Part shown: piece after piece, positions 11,047 through 19,806 of the stretch
How the letters are laid out: every line of letters begins with the position of its first letter
Position numbering within the stretch: the first letter of the stretch is position 1
Assembly (NCBI GenBank): GCA_021734825.1
Contig: JAIPIE010000001.1
Coordinates: forward strand, 1-46,055
Direction: 5' to 3'
Length of the DNA stretch: 46,055 nucleotides
Source: Patescibacteria group bacterium
Lineage (GTDB): Bacteria > Patescibacteriota > Patescibacteriia > Patescibacteriales > UBA12465
Translations under genes and position numbers: made by a program
The notes under the pieces: generated by a model
What the model saw: the letters and a program-made list of their open reading frames with translations, nothing else
Databases searched by the model: none
What the model was told of the DNA's origin: nothing

Positions 11047-11841
11047 ATGAAAAAATGTATTAAATTGTCTATCTTTGTTTTTTTTACAATAGTAATTGCA
11101 ATATCAGTACAATCCTGTACGAATAGCAATCAACAAAAACCAAGTCAAAAAAGTGTAAAAAAAATTAGTAGAGCAGAAAAGGTGTTAGCGGAACACTCAG
11201 CTCAAAAAAATGCTTACACAGATATTCGGGACATTGACGACCTCCTGGATGAGCTTGAAAAAAGTTTTGGCTTCCCTCAGGAAAAACAGGAGAGATCTAT
11301 CGCTTTAATAGAAGCAAGAATGTTTCAACTTTTGGAGAACGAAGATGACTTTGAAGATTTAACAGATTACAGTAATCATCTTTGGAACATGTGTGACACC
11401 GACAAACATTTTAAATTGTCTCACAAAGTGTTCGGCATGATTTACGATCAAATCAAGCAGGTCTTATCAAAAATTAACAAGTATCCGAAATTAGTTTCCT
11501 ACAATAACTATGCTTATGCTAAAAGTTTTTGTGGAATTATGACCTACAAAAACCCCGCTGTCCCTGGCCTTGTTAAAAAAAGAATGACTGAAATCGCCGC
11601 GGGAACAGATGATTTTAATCAGTTGATTCTATATTGGCGTCAATGTCATGGACGTCTCAGAATTATGAATTACGGCTTGCATAGCATAGCAACGAACAGG
11701 ATCAAACAAGTTCTTGCCACCGTAACTAAAGATAACATACCAGAGAGTTTTTTGGATGTTATTGAAAGAGACGACATTCCCGTCGAGCTTAAGTTCTACT
11801 TTGAAAAAAAAGTGGAAGAAATATATGATATTAGGCGATAA
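11047..11841 (+). CDS. Hypothetical lipoprotein (264 aa), no recognisable family
   Basis: A signal peptide MKKCIKLSIFVFFTIVIAISVQS/C with a lipobox-like VQSC (Cys24). The remainder is charged and helical, with no motif I recognise. Confidence 0.6.
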   Translation: MKKCIKLSIFVFFTIVIAISVQSCTNSNQQKPSQKSVKKISRAEKVLAEHSAQKNAYTDIRDIDDLLDELEKSFGFPQEKQERSIALIEARMFQLLENEDDFEDLTDYSNHLWNMCDTDKHFKLSHKVFGMIYDQIKQVLSKINKYPKLVSYNNYAYAKSFCGIMTYKNPAVPGLVKKRMTEIAAGTDDFNQLILYWRQCHGRLRIMNYGLHSIATNRIKQVLATVTKDNIPESFLDVIERDDIPVELKFYFEKKVEEIYDIRR

Positions 11842-11866
11842 TATTTTAAATCGCGTAACTACCAAC

Positions 11867-11894
11867 GGAGCATCATTACGGTGCTCCTTTTTTT
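11867..11894 (+). terminator. Intrinsic terminator (ggagcatc-attac-ggtgctcc + TTTTTTT)
   Basis: An 8-bp stem followed by a 7-T run, directly after the lipoprotein gene. Confidence 0.8.
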
Positions 11895-11948
11895 AATTAA
11901 AATTCTGCAAATGGAGACATTGATATTGCACTCAGCACTTAAATATTC

Positions 11949-11978
11949 AAAACGAGACCGCAAGGGCCTCGTTTTTAA
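11949..11978 (+). terminator. Second, tandem intrinsic terminator (aacgag-accgcaagggc-ctcgtt + TTTTT)
   Basis: A stem with a GCAA-containing loop and a T-run, about 55 nt after the first terminator. Confidence 0.6.
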
Positions 11979-12302
11979 GTTAATTTATCTTTTATAATAT
12001 TATTTACCATCCAATATATGGGTGACTCGTTTAATTACAATAAATCCGTAACCCCAAAGGAAGGTTAGCTAGAGTGGCATTATGCCTAATAGGCTATGAC
12101 TTTGAAATAATTCAACGCCTGTACTAATAAATATATATTCAGAAGCAATCATGATAAAAAAGCAAAGCAGAAAATTAATAACTTATTTTTATATATTTTA
12201 ATAATTAATGAAATAATAATTATTAATATATAAACGACTTACCGTTAATAGCTAGTATTAATTTTAATAAATAATAATTTATTTTTTAGGTCTTTTTTAG
12301 TC

Positions 12303-12331
12303 TTGACACTATTTTTAAAAAACTATAAAAT
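12303..12331 (+). promoter_or_regulatory. groESL promoter TTGACA-17-TAAAAT
   Basis: ttgaca at 12303-12308 and taaaat at 12326-12331, with a 17-nt spacer. It lies immediately upstream of CIRCE. Confidence 0.7.
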
Positions 12332-12341
12332 AGATTTAGAT

Positions 12342-12368
12342 TTAGCACTCTCAGATTGTGAGTGCCAA
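12342..12368 (+). promoter_or_regulatory. CIRCE operator (HrcA binding site) TTAGCACTC-N9-GAGTGCCAA
   Basis: Matches the CIRCE consensus TTAGCACTC-N9-GAGTGCTAA at 17 of 18 arm positions. It sits about 10 nt after the -10 box and upstream of groES. Confidence 0.9.
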
Positions 12369-12464
12369 TATATTTATTTAATATTATTTATTAATATTAG
12401 CTAAAATATTCTTCTAAAACATTTTTTAATATATGTTTTTTGGATTATTTTAGCTTTCTGCGCT

Positions 12465-12755
12465 ATGAAACTAAAACCTCTTTCAAATCATGTTATTGTT
12501 AAAGCGGCGGTGCAAGAAGAAATGACCAAATCAGGCATTGTTTTACCGGGCACAGCTGATAAAGAGCGACCAGAAAAAGGTGAAATTATTGCTGTTGGTC
12601 CAGGAAAAATAATGGACAACGGTCAGTTATCCTCAATGAGTGTTAAAGTCGGCGATCAAGTTGTCTTTAAAAAATATTCTCCTGATGAAATTAAAATTGA
12701 GGGTGAAGATTATCTTATTCTCAGTGAGGATGATATCATCGCTGTGATTGAATAA
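12465..12755 (+). CDS. groES: Co-chaperonin GroES
   Basis: 96 aa. The sequence LKPLSNHVIVK...KSGIVLPGTA...GEIIAVGPG is the classic Cpn10 pattern. Confidence 0.97.
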   Translation: MKLKPLSNHVIVKAAVQEEMTKSGIVLPGTADKERPEKGEIIAVGPGKIMDNGQLSSMSVKVGDQVVFKKYSPDEIKIEGEDYLILSEDDIIAVIE

Positions 12756-12773
12756 ACATTTTTTAAGAATTAA

Positions 12774-14453
<1,680 letters not shown>

Positions 14454-14480
14454 TATCGTTCAAGTTACTGAATTTATATA

Positions 14481-14508
14481 AAACGAGGTCATTTTGATCT
14501 CGTTTTTG
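14481..14508 (+). terminator. Intrinsic terminator after groEL (acgaggtc-atttt-gatctcgt + TTTTT)
   Basis: An 8-bp stem (one G:U pair) followed by a T-run. Confidence 0.8.
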
Positions 14509-14535
14509 CGAATTAAATCTAATTTATTTTTTTAA

Positions 14536-14564
14536 TTGTCCCACTCCCCGCTTTTTGCTATAAT
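14536..14564 (+). promoter_or_regulatory. Promoter TTGTCC-17-(TGc)TATAAT for the cytidylyltransferase-mltG operon
   Basis: A perfect -10 with a TGn extension at 14556-14564 and a partial -35 at 14536-14541. Confidence 0.5.
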
Positions 14565-14584
14565 ATGATTATAAAAATATCTTT

Positions 14585-15043
14585 ATGGCCTCAAATAATA
14601 CGAAAATTAAAGCGAAAAAAAAGCCAGTTGTTGTGGCTGTTTCTGGGTATTTTAATCCTCTGCACGTTGGACATCTTGATGTGATTGAACAAGCCAAGAA
14701 GTTAGGCGATAAATTAGTAGTAATTATCAATAATGACTATCAGGTTAAATTAAAAGGGAGCGTGCCTTTTATGAGCTTGAGAGATCGAGTCCGAATTATC
14801 AACGCTTTACGTGAGGTGGATAGTGTTTTTGTGTCTTTAGATAGAGACAAAACGGTTTGTCGTTCTTTAGCGAAGTTGAGGCCGGATATTTTTGCTAATG
14901 GAGGAGACCGCCATAGCATTGGCGATGTGCCAGAATATGATGTTTGTCAAAAATATAAAATTAAGATGGTGGATGGTTTAGGAAAAAAAATTAGGGCCAG
15001 TTCTACTTTGATTGCTGAGGCAGCGGCGAAAAATAAAAAATAA
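14585..15043 (+). CDS. Cytidylyltransferase-family nucleotidyltransferase (TagD / RfaE domain II-like); substrate unknown
   Basis: A small (152 aa) Rossmann-type protein with the HxGH signature in SGYFNPLHVGHLDVI. Confidence 0.75.
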   Translation: MASNNTKIKAKKKPVVVAVSGYFNPLHVGHLDVIEQAKKLGDKLVVIINNDYQVKLKGSVPFMSLRDRVRIINALREVDSVFVSLDRDKTVCRSLAKLRPDIFANGGDRHSIGDVPEYDVCQKYKIKMVDGLGKKIRASSTLIAEAAAKNKK

Positions 15044-15057
15044 GTTGAAAATAAATT

Positions 15058-15987
15058 ATGTATAGAATAATACGCTATCTATTTTTAATCGGTCTTAGCT
15101 TATTAGCTACGGCTTTACTCTTAAGTGTGATTTTCGGCCGCAGTCTTTTACAGTCTTTGTCGGCGGATTCAGGATTTTTTGGACGTTTAGATTCTCTCTT
15201 TAAAAAAGAAGAGCCGGTAAAGATGGAATTACGCCCGGAAGAATCAGTTCGTTTAATTGAGGGTTGGAATAGTCGTGATATGAGTCAATATTTTGAGCGC
15301 CAAGGTCTTTGGCAGAGTGAAGAATTTTTGGAAGCAGTTGGTTTCCCACAAATTGATTATAATAAAAATAATGATTTGCCACCTTTAGTTGATTATTCTG
15401 CCGAATTCTCTTTCTTAGATGATAAGCCGGATAATCGCGGACTGGAAGGTTATCTTTATCCCGATACTTATCGTATTTTTGCCAGTTCTAGCCCTGCTGA
15501 TTTGGTGGAAAAAATGTTGAGTAATTTTGATCAAAAGTTGACTGATAAAATGCGGGCCGATATTAAGGCTCAAGGTAAAACAATTTATGAGATTGTGACC
15601 ATGGCTTCAATTTTGGAAAAAGAAGCACCAATAAATTACGCTGATGGTGATAATCGTGATGCTCGGATTATTGCCGGTATTTTTTGGGATCGCCTAGAGG
15701 TTGGACAAGCTCTACAGTCTTGTGCGACGCTTGCTTATATTTTAGGAGTTAATAAGTCTCAGTATAGTACAGCTGATACCAAAATTGAATCCCCTTATAA
15801 TACTTATAAATATCGCGACTTACCGCCTGGACCGATTAGTAATCCCGGTATTTTGGCGATTGAAGCCGCTATTTACCCCTTAAATACTAGTTATAACTAC
15901 TTTCTCACTCCAGCTGGGAGTAGTAAGATTATTTATTCAACTAGCTACGCCGAACATTTACGTAATAAGAGCAAATATTTACCTTAA
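15058..15987 (+). CDS. mltG: Endolytic murein transglycosylase MltG (YceG family)
   Basis: An N-terminal TM anchor, the ASILEKEA catalytic Glu region, and SPYNTYKYRDLPPGPISNPG, the YceG signature. Confidence 0.9.
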   Translation: MYRIIRYLFLIGLSLLATALLLSVIFGRSLLQSLSADSGFFGRLDSLFKKEEPVKMELRPEESVRLIEGWNSRDMSQYFERQGLWQSEEFLEAVGFPQIDYNKNNDLPPLVDYSAEFSFLDDKPDNRGLEGYLYPDTYRIFASSSPADLVEKMLSNFDQKLTDKMRADIKAQGKTIYEIVTMASILEKEAPINYADGDNRDARIIAGIFWDRLEVGQALQSCATLAYILGVNKSQYSTADTKIESPYNTYKYRDLPPGPISNPGILAIEAAIYPLNTSYNYFLTPAGSSKIIYSTSYAEHLRNKSKYLP

Positions 15988-15991
15988 ATTT

Positions 15992-18373
15992 ATGTTTGAA
16001 GATTTAAAAAATGAAGAGGCAGAAAAAGCAACGGACGGTGCCAATAATTTTGTAACTGCCTCTGAGCATGAGCAGTATAGTGATGTCGGCGGCAGTAAGA
16101 AAAAATTACTGATGATAATTATCGGTGTATTTATTTTAGCTGTGCTTGTGTTCGCTGCTTGGTATTTGTTTGGCATTTTGAAAAATAAAGCAAATAATAA
16201 TTTACCGACTGACAACACTGTGAGTGAAGAAGAACAAGCGCGCTTAAATAGTGCTCATCTTGATGGCAGTGAAGATGCAAATGAAAATGGTGAACAATTA
16301 ATTGATAATGGTGCGATTGAATATCTTAGCTTTGCTAATTTTTATAAATTACCAGACAATAATTTGGAAACAATTAATTTTAAAGAATATGACCTGCCTA
16401 TAAATATAAAAGTTGATACGGCGAATTATTATGAGTTATCAAGAAAGCTGTCTATTGATGGCGGTCTTGATTCTTTAAATAATCAGGCTTTTGCTGTGAT
16501 TGATAATCCTTGGGAGAAAGAAGCTTCGGATTTTTACGCTATTTTTAATAAATTAAATGAAGAAGGTGTGCCTTTTTATTTAAGCGCCGACTTTATTTCT
16601 TATTATTATCAAAGTATTTTAAAACAGTCGTTTAAAGAAATTGAAGAAGGCGTTTTTTATGAAAGTTTATGGAATATCAGTCAGACTCTTTATGAACAAG
16701 CGAAAACTCGCTACGAAGCTCGTTTAGCCGTAATGGGCAATGTTAATAATCGCATTTTGGAGGGTGAGCGCCTAGAAGCGGCCTTTTTTGCCGTCTCTTT
16801 AGAATTGTTAAAACCACAGATTGCTCAAGTTGATATTGAAAATAAATTTGATGCTGGTCGTTTTAGTCCGCAAGATCAAAGAACTTTTGCCTTCACAGTT
16901 CCCGATTATTTAACTGACGATGTTTTACGTGAATTAAAACTAATTCGCGAAGCTAAAGAAACTGTCAAATCGCCGGTGCTTTTATACGACCGTAATTATA
17001 AAAATTTTATTGTACCGTTAGAGTATAAAGATAACGCCCGTTTGCAGAATTTTTATTTAGCTGGAGCTTGGTTGAATTCAGTTTTTCCTCTTAATTATCG
17101 TGATGATGCTTGCCCGGACTGCTTGCTTGATTATGATGATTGGCGTATTAATTTCACCGCCGCCTCTTTAATCTCGCAGGACTTTGCTGCTAGTCAGGAA
17201 TTAAAAAATGAGTGGGCTCGTGTTTATAAAACGATTTCATTTTTTAAGGGTTTGCGCGATTCTTGGAATTACGTTGACTATCGTGATAATTTAAGTAGTG
17301 TATTCGGTGAAGATTACGATATTACCGCTATTTTTGCGGAAGAGAATCCTGATGCTAACGCTAATATGGAAAGATTGCGCCAAGCCCTTTTAAATAAAGA
17401 AACTGTGCCAATGCAGGGTGCTTTAAATCTTAAGACGATGCCTGGCTACACTAAGGCGGGTTTACAGTTTTTAGCAGATTTTTACTGGCCGAATGAATTT
17501 ATTTTCGGTAGCTTAAGTTACCCAGAGGTTGGTTTATATCTAGCTGAAGTAAAACCGCCAAAAAATAATGTTACTGCTTGTAATGTTTTGAAAAAATATC
17601 AGCGCTGTCAGGGCTCAGGTCAAGATGTACTTAGTTTAATATATCCGACTTGGCGCGGAGAAAATTTTTTGGAAAATTCTAATTATGCTAATTATTTTGA
17701 AGCCTTAGATAATTTAAGACCATTAGCTGAGTCCGCTATCAATAATAATTTAAATAATTACTGGTCATCATTGCTTTTGTGGCGTTCATATTTAAATGCT
17801 TCAGCAGAAAGCTTGCCGGCTTATGTGCGTTCCGCGGCTTGGCGCGAGCAAGGAGTGATGGCCGCGGCTGGGGCTTGGACGGATATGCAATTACCATTAG
17901 ACAAGTTAAATTTAAAGAATAAAGTAAGCCAAGGAAACAATTTATCCGTTTCTGCTAATGTCCCTGATTATGCTTGGCTTGAGCCTAGTATCGATTATTT
18001 TGATCGCTTGCTTGCCTATAACGAAATGATTTTGGGTATGTTTAAGGCTTTAGGTATTGATGAGCGTTCCAGTTTAGCTACCAATCATCTGCGTGACGCC
18101 GGCCTTCAAATATCCGGTTTGCGCGGACTCGCCTTAAAACAGGCGCAGGGAATAGATTTGGATAGTGATGATAATCAGTTTATTCGTGACTTTGCTTTAA
18201 TGTATACAGTGAGTGAATCCGGTGAAAAAATATTGTCTTGGCGGAACGATAAGTTGGGAGCGACACTTAAAGAAACTTTAAAGGCTCCTCGTTTAATGGT
18301 AGTTGTACATGCCATGAGTGATAAAATAGTTTTAGCGGTTGGTCCGATTTTTGATTATCAAGAAAGTAAATAA
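15992..18373 (+). CDS. Hypothetical 793-aa membrane-anchored extracytoplasmic protein
   Basis: An acidic N-terminal tail of about 37 aa, a single TM (LLMIIIGVFILAVLVFAAWYLFGIL), and then about 720 aa with no catalytic motif I can recognise. It is separated from mltG by 4 nt. Size and topology are reminiscent of DUF3160-type proteins, but I cannot verify this. Confidence 0.7.
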   Translation: MFEDLKNEEAEKATDGANNFVTASEHEQYSDVGGSKKKLLMIIIGVFILAVLVFAAWYLFGILKNKANNNLPTDNTVSEEEQARLNSAHLDGSEDANENGEQLIDNGAIEYLSFANFYKLPDNNLETINFKEYDLPINIKVDTANYYELSRKLSIDGGLDSLNNQAFAVIDNPWEKEASDFYAIFNKLNEEGVPFYLSADFISYYYQSILKQSFKEIEEGVFYESLWNISQTLYEQAKTRYEARLAVMGNVNNRILEGERLEAAFFAVSLELLKPQIAQVDIENKFDAGRFSPQDQRTFAFTVPDYLTDDVLRELKLIREAKETVKSPVLLYDRNYKNFIVPLEYKDNARLQNFYLAGAWLNSVFPLNYRDDACPDCLLDYDDWRINFTAASLISQDFAASQELKNEWARVYKTISFFKGLRDSWNYVDYRDNLSSVFGEDYDITAIFAEENPDANANMERLRQALLNKETVPMQGALNLKTMPGYTKAGLQFLADFYWPNEFIFGSLSYPEVGLYLAEVKPPKNNVTACNVLKKYQRCQGSGQDVLSLIYPTWRGENFLENSNYANYFEALDNLRPLAESAINNNLNNYWSSLLLWRSYLNASAESLPAYVRSAAWREQGVMAAAGAWTDMQLPLDKLNLKNKVSQGNNLSVSANVPDYAWLEPSIDYFDRLLAYNEMILGMFKALGIDERSSLATNHLRDAGLQISGLRGLALKQAQGIDLDSDDNQFIRDFALMYTVSESGEKILSWRNDKLGATLKETLKAPRLMVVVHAMSDKIVLAVGPIFDYQESK

Positions 18374-18384
18374 AAATTAATCGT

Positions 18385-19395
18385 ATGTTTAAATTTGAAA
18401 ACCCTTTAAATAAAATTAGAGATTCCGTAAATACGAAGGTTAATGAATCGCGCTTACCGAGCGAAGATTATGAAAGTACGGTTGGAATTTATGGTGGCAA
18501 ATTAAAAATGACGCCCGACAATAAAATGCTTTGGGATAATTCTGGCGTAATCTCTAAAATTGATAAGTGGGGAGACGCTGTTTTACGTAATTATGACGAA
18601 CATGTGATGAAAAATGTAGGTGAGTTTTTTAAACGTGATCCTAAATTGTTTTTTAAGTTTATTATGCCCGGAGCCAAGCGTTATCGCGGCAACAAAGAGG
18701 AAATTTTCAATAATATTATGCGCCTAGGCCTGGAAGATTTTTACGGCGATAATGAAAATGGTATTGAAATTAAAGATCAAAATTTATATCGCCAGGGTAC
18801 GGCTTTGCAAGATATAATGCGTTCAGATTTAATTGGTAGTGAAAAATTAAATCAGATCGATCGATTTCAGGCCCTGAGTACAAGTGGTGCTTATTTGCGA
18901 AAAATTCATGATCACTATGGAGCTGTTGGGGAGGTGTTACCAAGTGATTTTATTTTTAGAAACAATGAAAATGGACAAGTTGAAGATGCTGTTTTAAATT
19001 TACCCGACATTGTTTTTAATCCGGACAAGAACACAGGCGAAAGAGAACAAAAGGCAACCGATATACTTGATTTTATTATCAGTTCTGGAGCAGAAGAATT
19101 TCGTCGCTCTGAGGGTAGCTTGGAAAATGTAAAATTAGCGATGAGTAGCGTTTTATCGGCTTACGATGATAAATATGTGATTGCTCTAGTAAAATCATAC
19201 TTAAAGCGTGGACGCCTGGCTTTAATGGGTGATCAAAAGTTTGCTGGGGTCAATCTTGATTCTAATACCTTCACCACGAAAAACAGAACCATGTTTACTA
19301 AACATAACGAAGCGCGCATGGGTTCTCATAATCAAGACATGGAAACTTCTTTGAAAAATATTGCCTTAGAAGTATGTTCAGAAATTAATAGTTGA
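18385..19395 (+). CDS. Hypothetical 336-aa cytoplasmic protein, possibly a degenerate Bud32/RIO/Kdo-kinase-like fold
   Basis: No signal peptide. It starts 11 nt after the preceding gene. The segment YLRKIHDHYGAVGEVLPSDFIF...AVLNLPDIVFNP resembles a kinase catalytic-loop plus DFG-region layout, but with the canonical HxD and N replaced. Confidence 0.65.
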   Translation: MFKFENPLNKIRDSVNTKVNESRLPSEDYESTVGIYGGKLKMTPDNKMLWDNSGVISKIDKWGDAVLRNYDEHVMKNVGEFFKRDPKLFFKFIMPGAKRYRGNKEEIFNNIMRLGLEDFYGDNENGIEIKDQNLYRQGTALQDIMRSDLIGSEKLNQIDRFQALSTSGAYLRKIHDHYGAVGEVLPSDFIFRNNENGQVEDAVLNLPDIVFNPDKNTGEREQKATDILDFIISSGAEEFRRSEGSLENVKLAMSSVLSAYDDKYVIALVKSYLKRGRLALMGDQKFAGVNLDSNTFTTKNRTMFTKHNEARMGSHNQDMETSLKNIALEVCSEINS

Positions 19396-19451
19396 GCTTA
19401 ATGGCTTTGACTTAATGATTAAAAGTGACCAGTGCTTTAATTTATATATTT

Positions 19452-19482
19452 AAAAAAGGCCTGTCTAATGACTGGCCTTTTG
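19452..19482 (+). terminator. Intrinsic terminator (aggcctgtc-taat-gactggcct + TTTT)
   Basis: A 9-bp stem with one mismatch and a T-run. It ends the cytidylyltransferase-to-336-aa operon. Confidence 0.7.
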
Positions 19483-19501
19483 ATTATATCTTGATACAAT
19501 C

Positions 19502-19648
19502 TTAGATATAACAAATGCTTTTATACATGCGTCGCGTTGCTATTTTTTTATCTATTAGCCACGCATATCCAGCATAACTGGATATACTGACTAAAACGAT
19601 CATGAAGTTGGTGGCTATTATGGCCGCCATTTTTTTCATTTTTTTCAT
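19502..19648 (-). CDS. Possible 48-aa single-TM mini-protein (MKKMKKMAAIIATNFMIVLVSISSYAGYAWLIDKKIATRRMYKSICYI)
   Basis: An ATG..TAA ORF below the track cutoff. It has a hydrophobic core and a basic tail, and it is preceded on its own strand by a long hairpin. No homology is recognised. Confidence 0.25.
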   Translation of the reverse strand: MKKMKKMAAIIATNFMIVLVSISSYAGYAWLIDKKIATRRMYKSICYI

Positions 19649-19656
19649 TTTTTTTG

Positions 19657-19716
19657 TTTTAAGGTGATATTGCGCGATCAACTAATAAGAATTGCTCGGG
19701 CAGTATCACCTTAAAA
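19657..19716. other. Long hairpin (about 17-bp stem ttttaaggtgatattgc / gcagtatcaccttaaaa, 26-nt loop)
   Basis: The inverted repeat was read directly and contains one G:U pair. There is no adjacent U-tract on either strand, so it is not a canonical terminator. Confidence 0.6.
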
Positions 19717-19777
19717 CTAACTTGATGTGACTATATCACTTTTTATATTATTTGTCAATATTTTGTGTTCGCTTCAA

Positions 19778-19806
19778 CCTCAATCTTTAGATTGGGGCTT
19801 TTTTTA
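19778..19806 (+). terminator. Plus-strand intrinsic terminator with no annotated plus-strand gene upstream (cctcaat-ctttag-attgggg + CTTTTTTT)
   Basis: A 7-bp stem (one G:U pair) followed by a T-run on the + strand only. On the - strand there is no U-tract after the stem. It overlaps the stop codon of the convergent membrane-protein gene. Confidence 0.55.

Noticed and set aside
19602-19667. A 21-aa all-hydrophobic + strand ORF (MKLVAIMAAIFFIFFIFFVLR), considered as a type I toxin candidate.
   Set aside because: Its Phe/Ile run is simply the complement of the AAA/ATG-rich MKKMKKM start of the minus-strand ORF, so the hydrophobicity is a mirror artefact. At most one of the two is real. I kept it only as part of the spacer finding.
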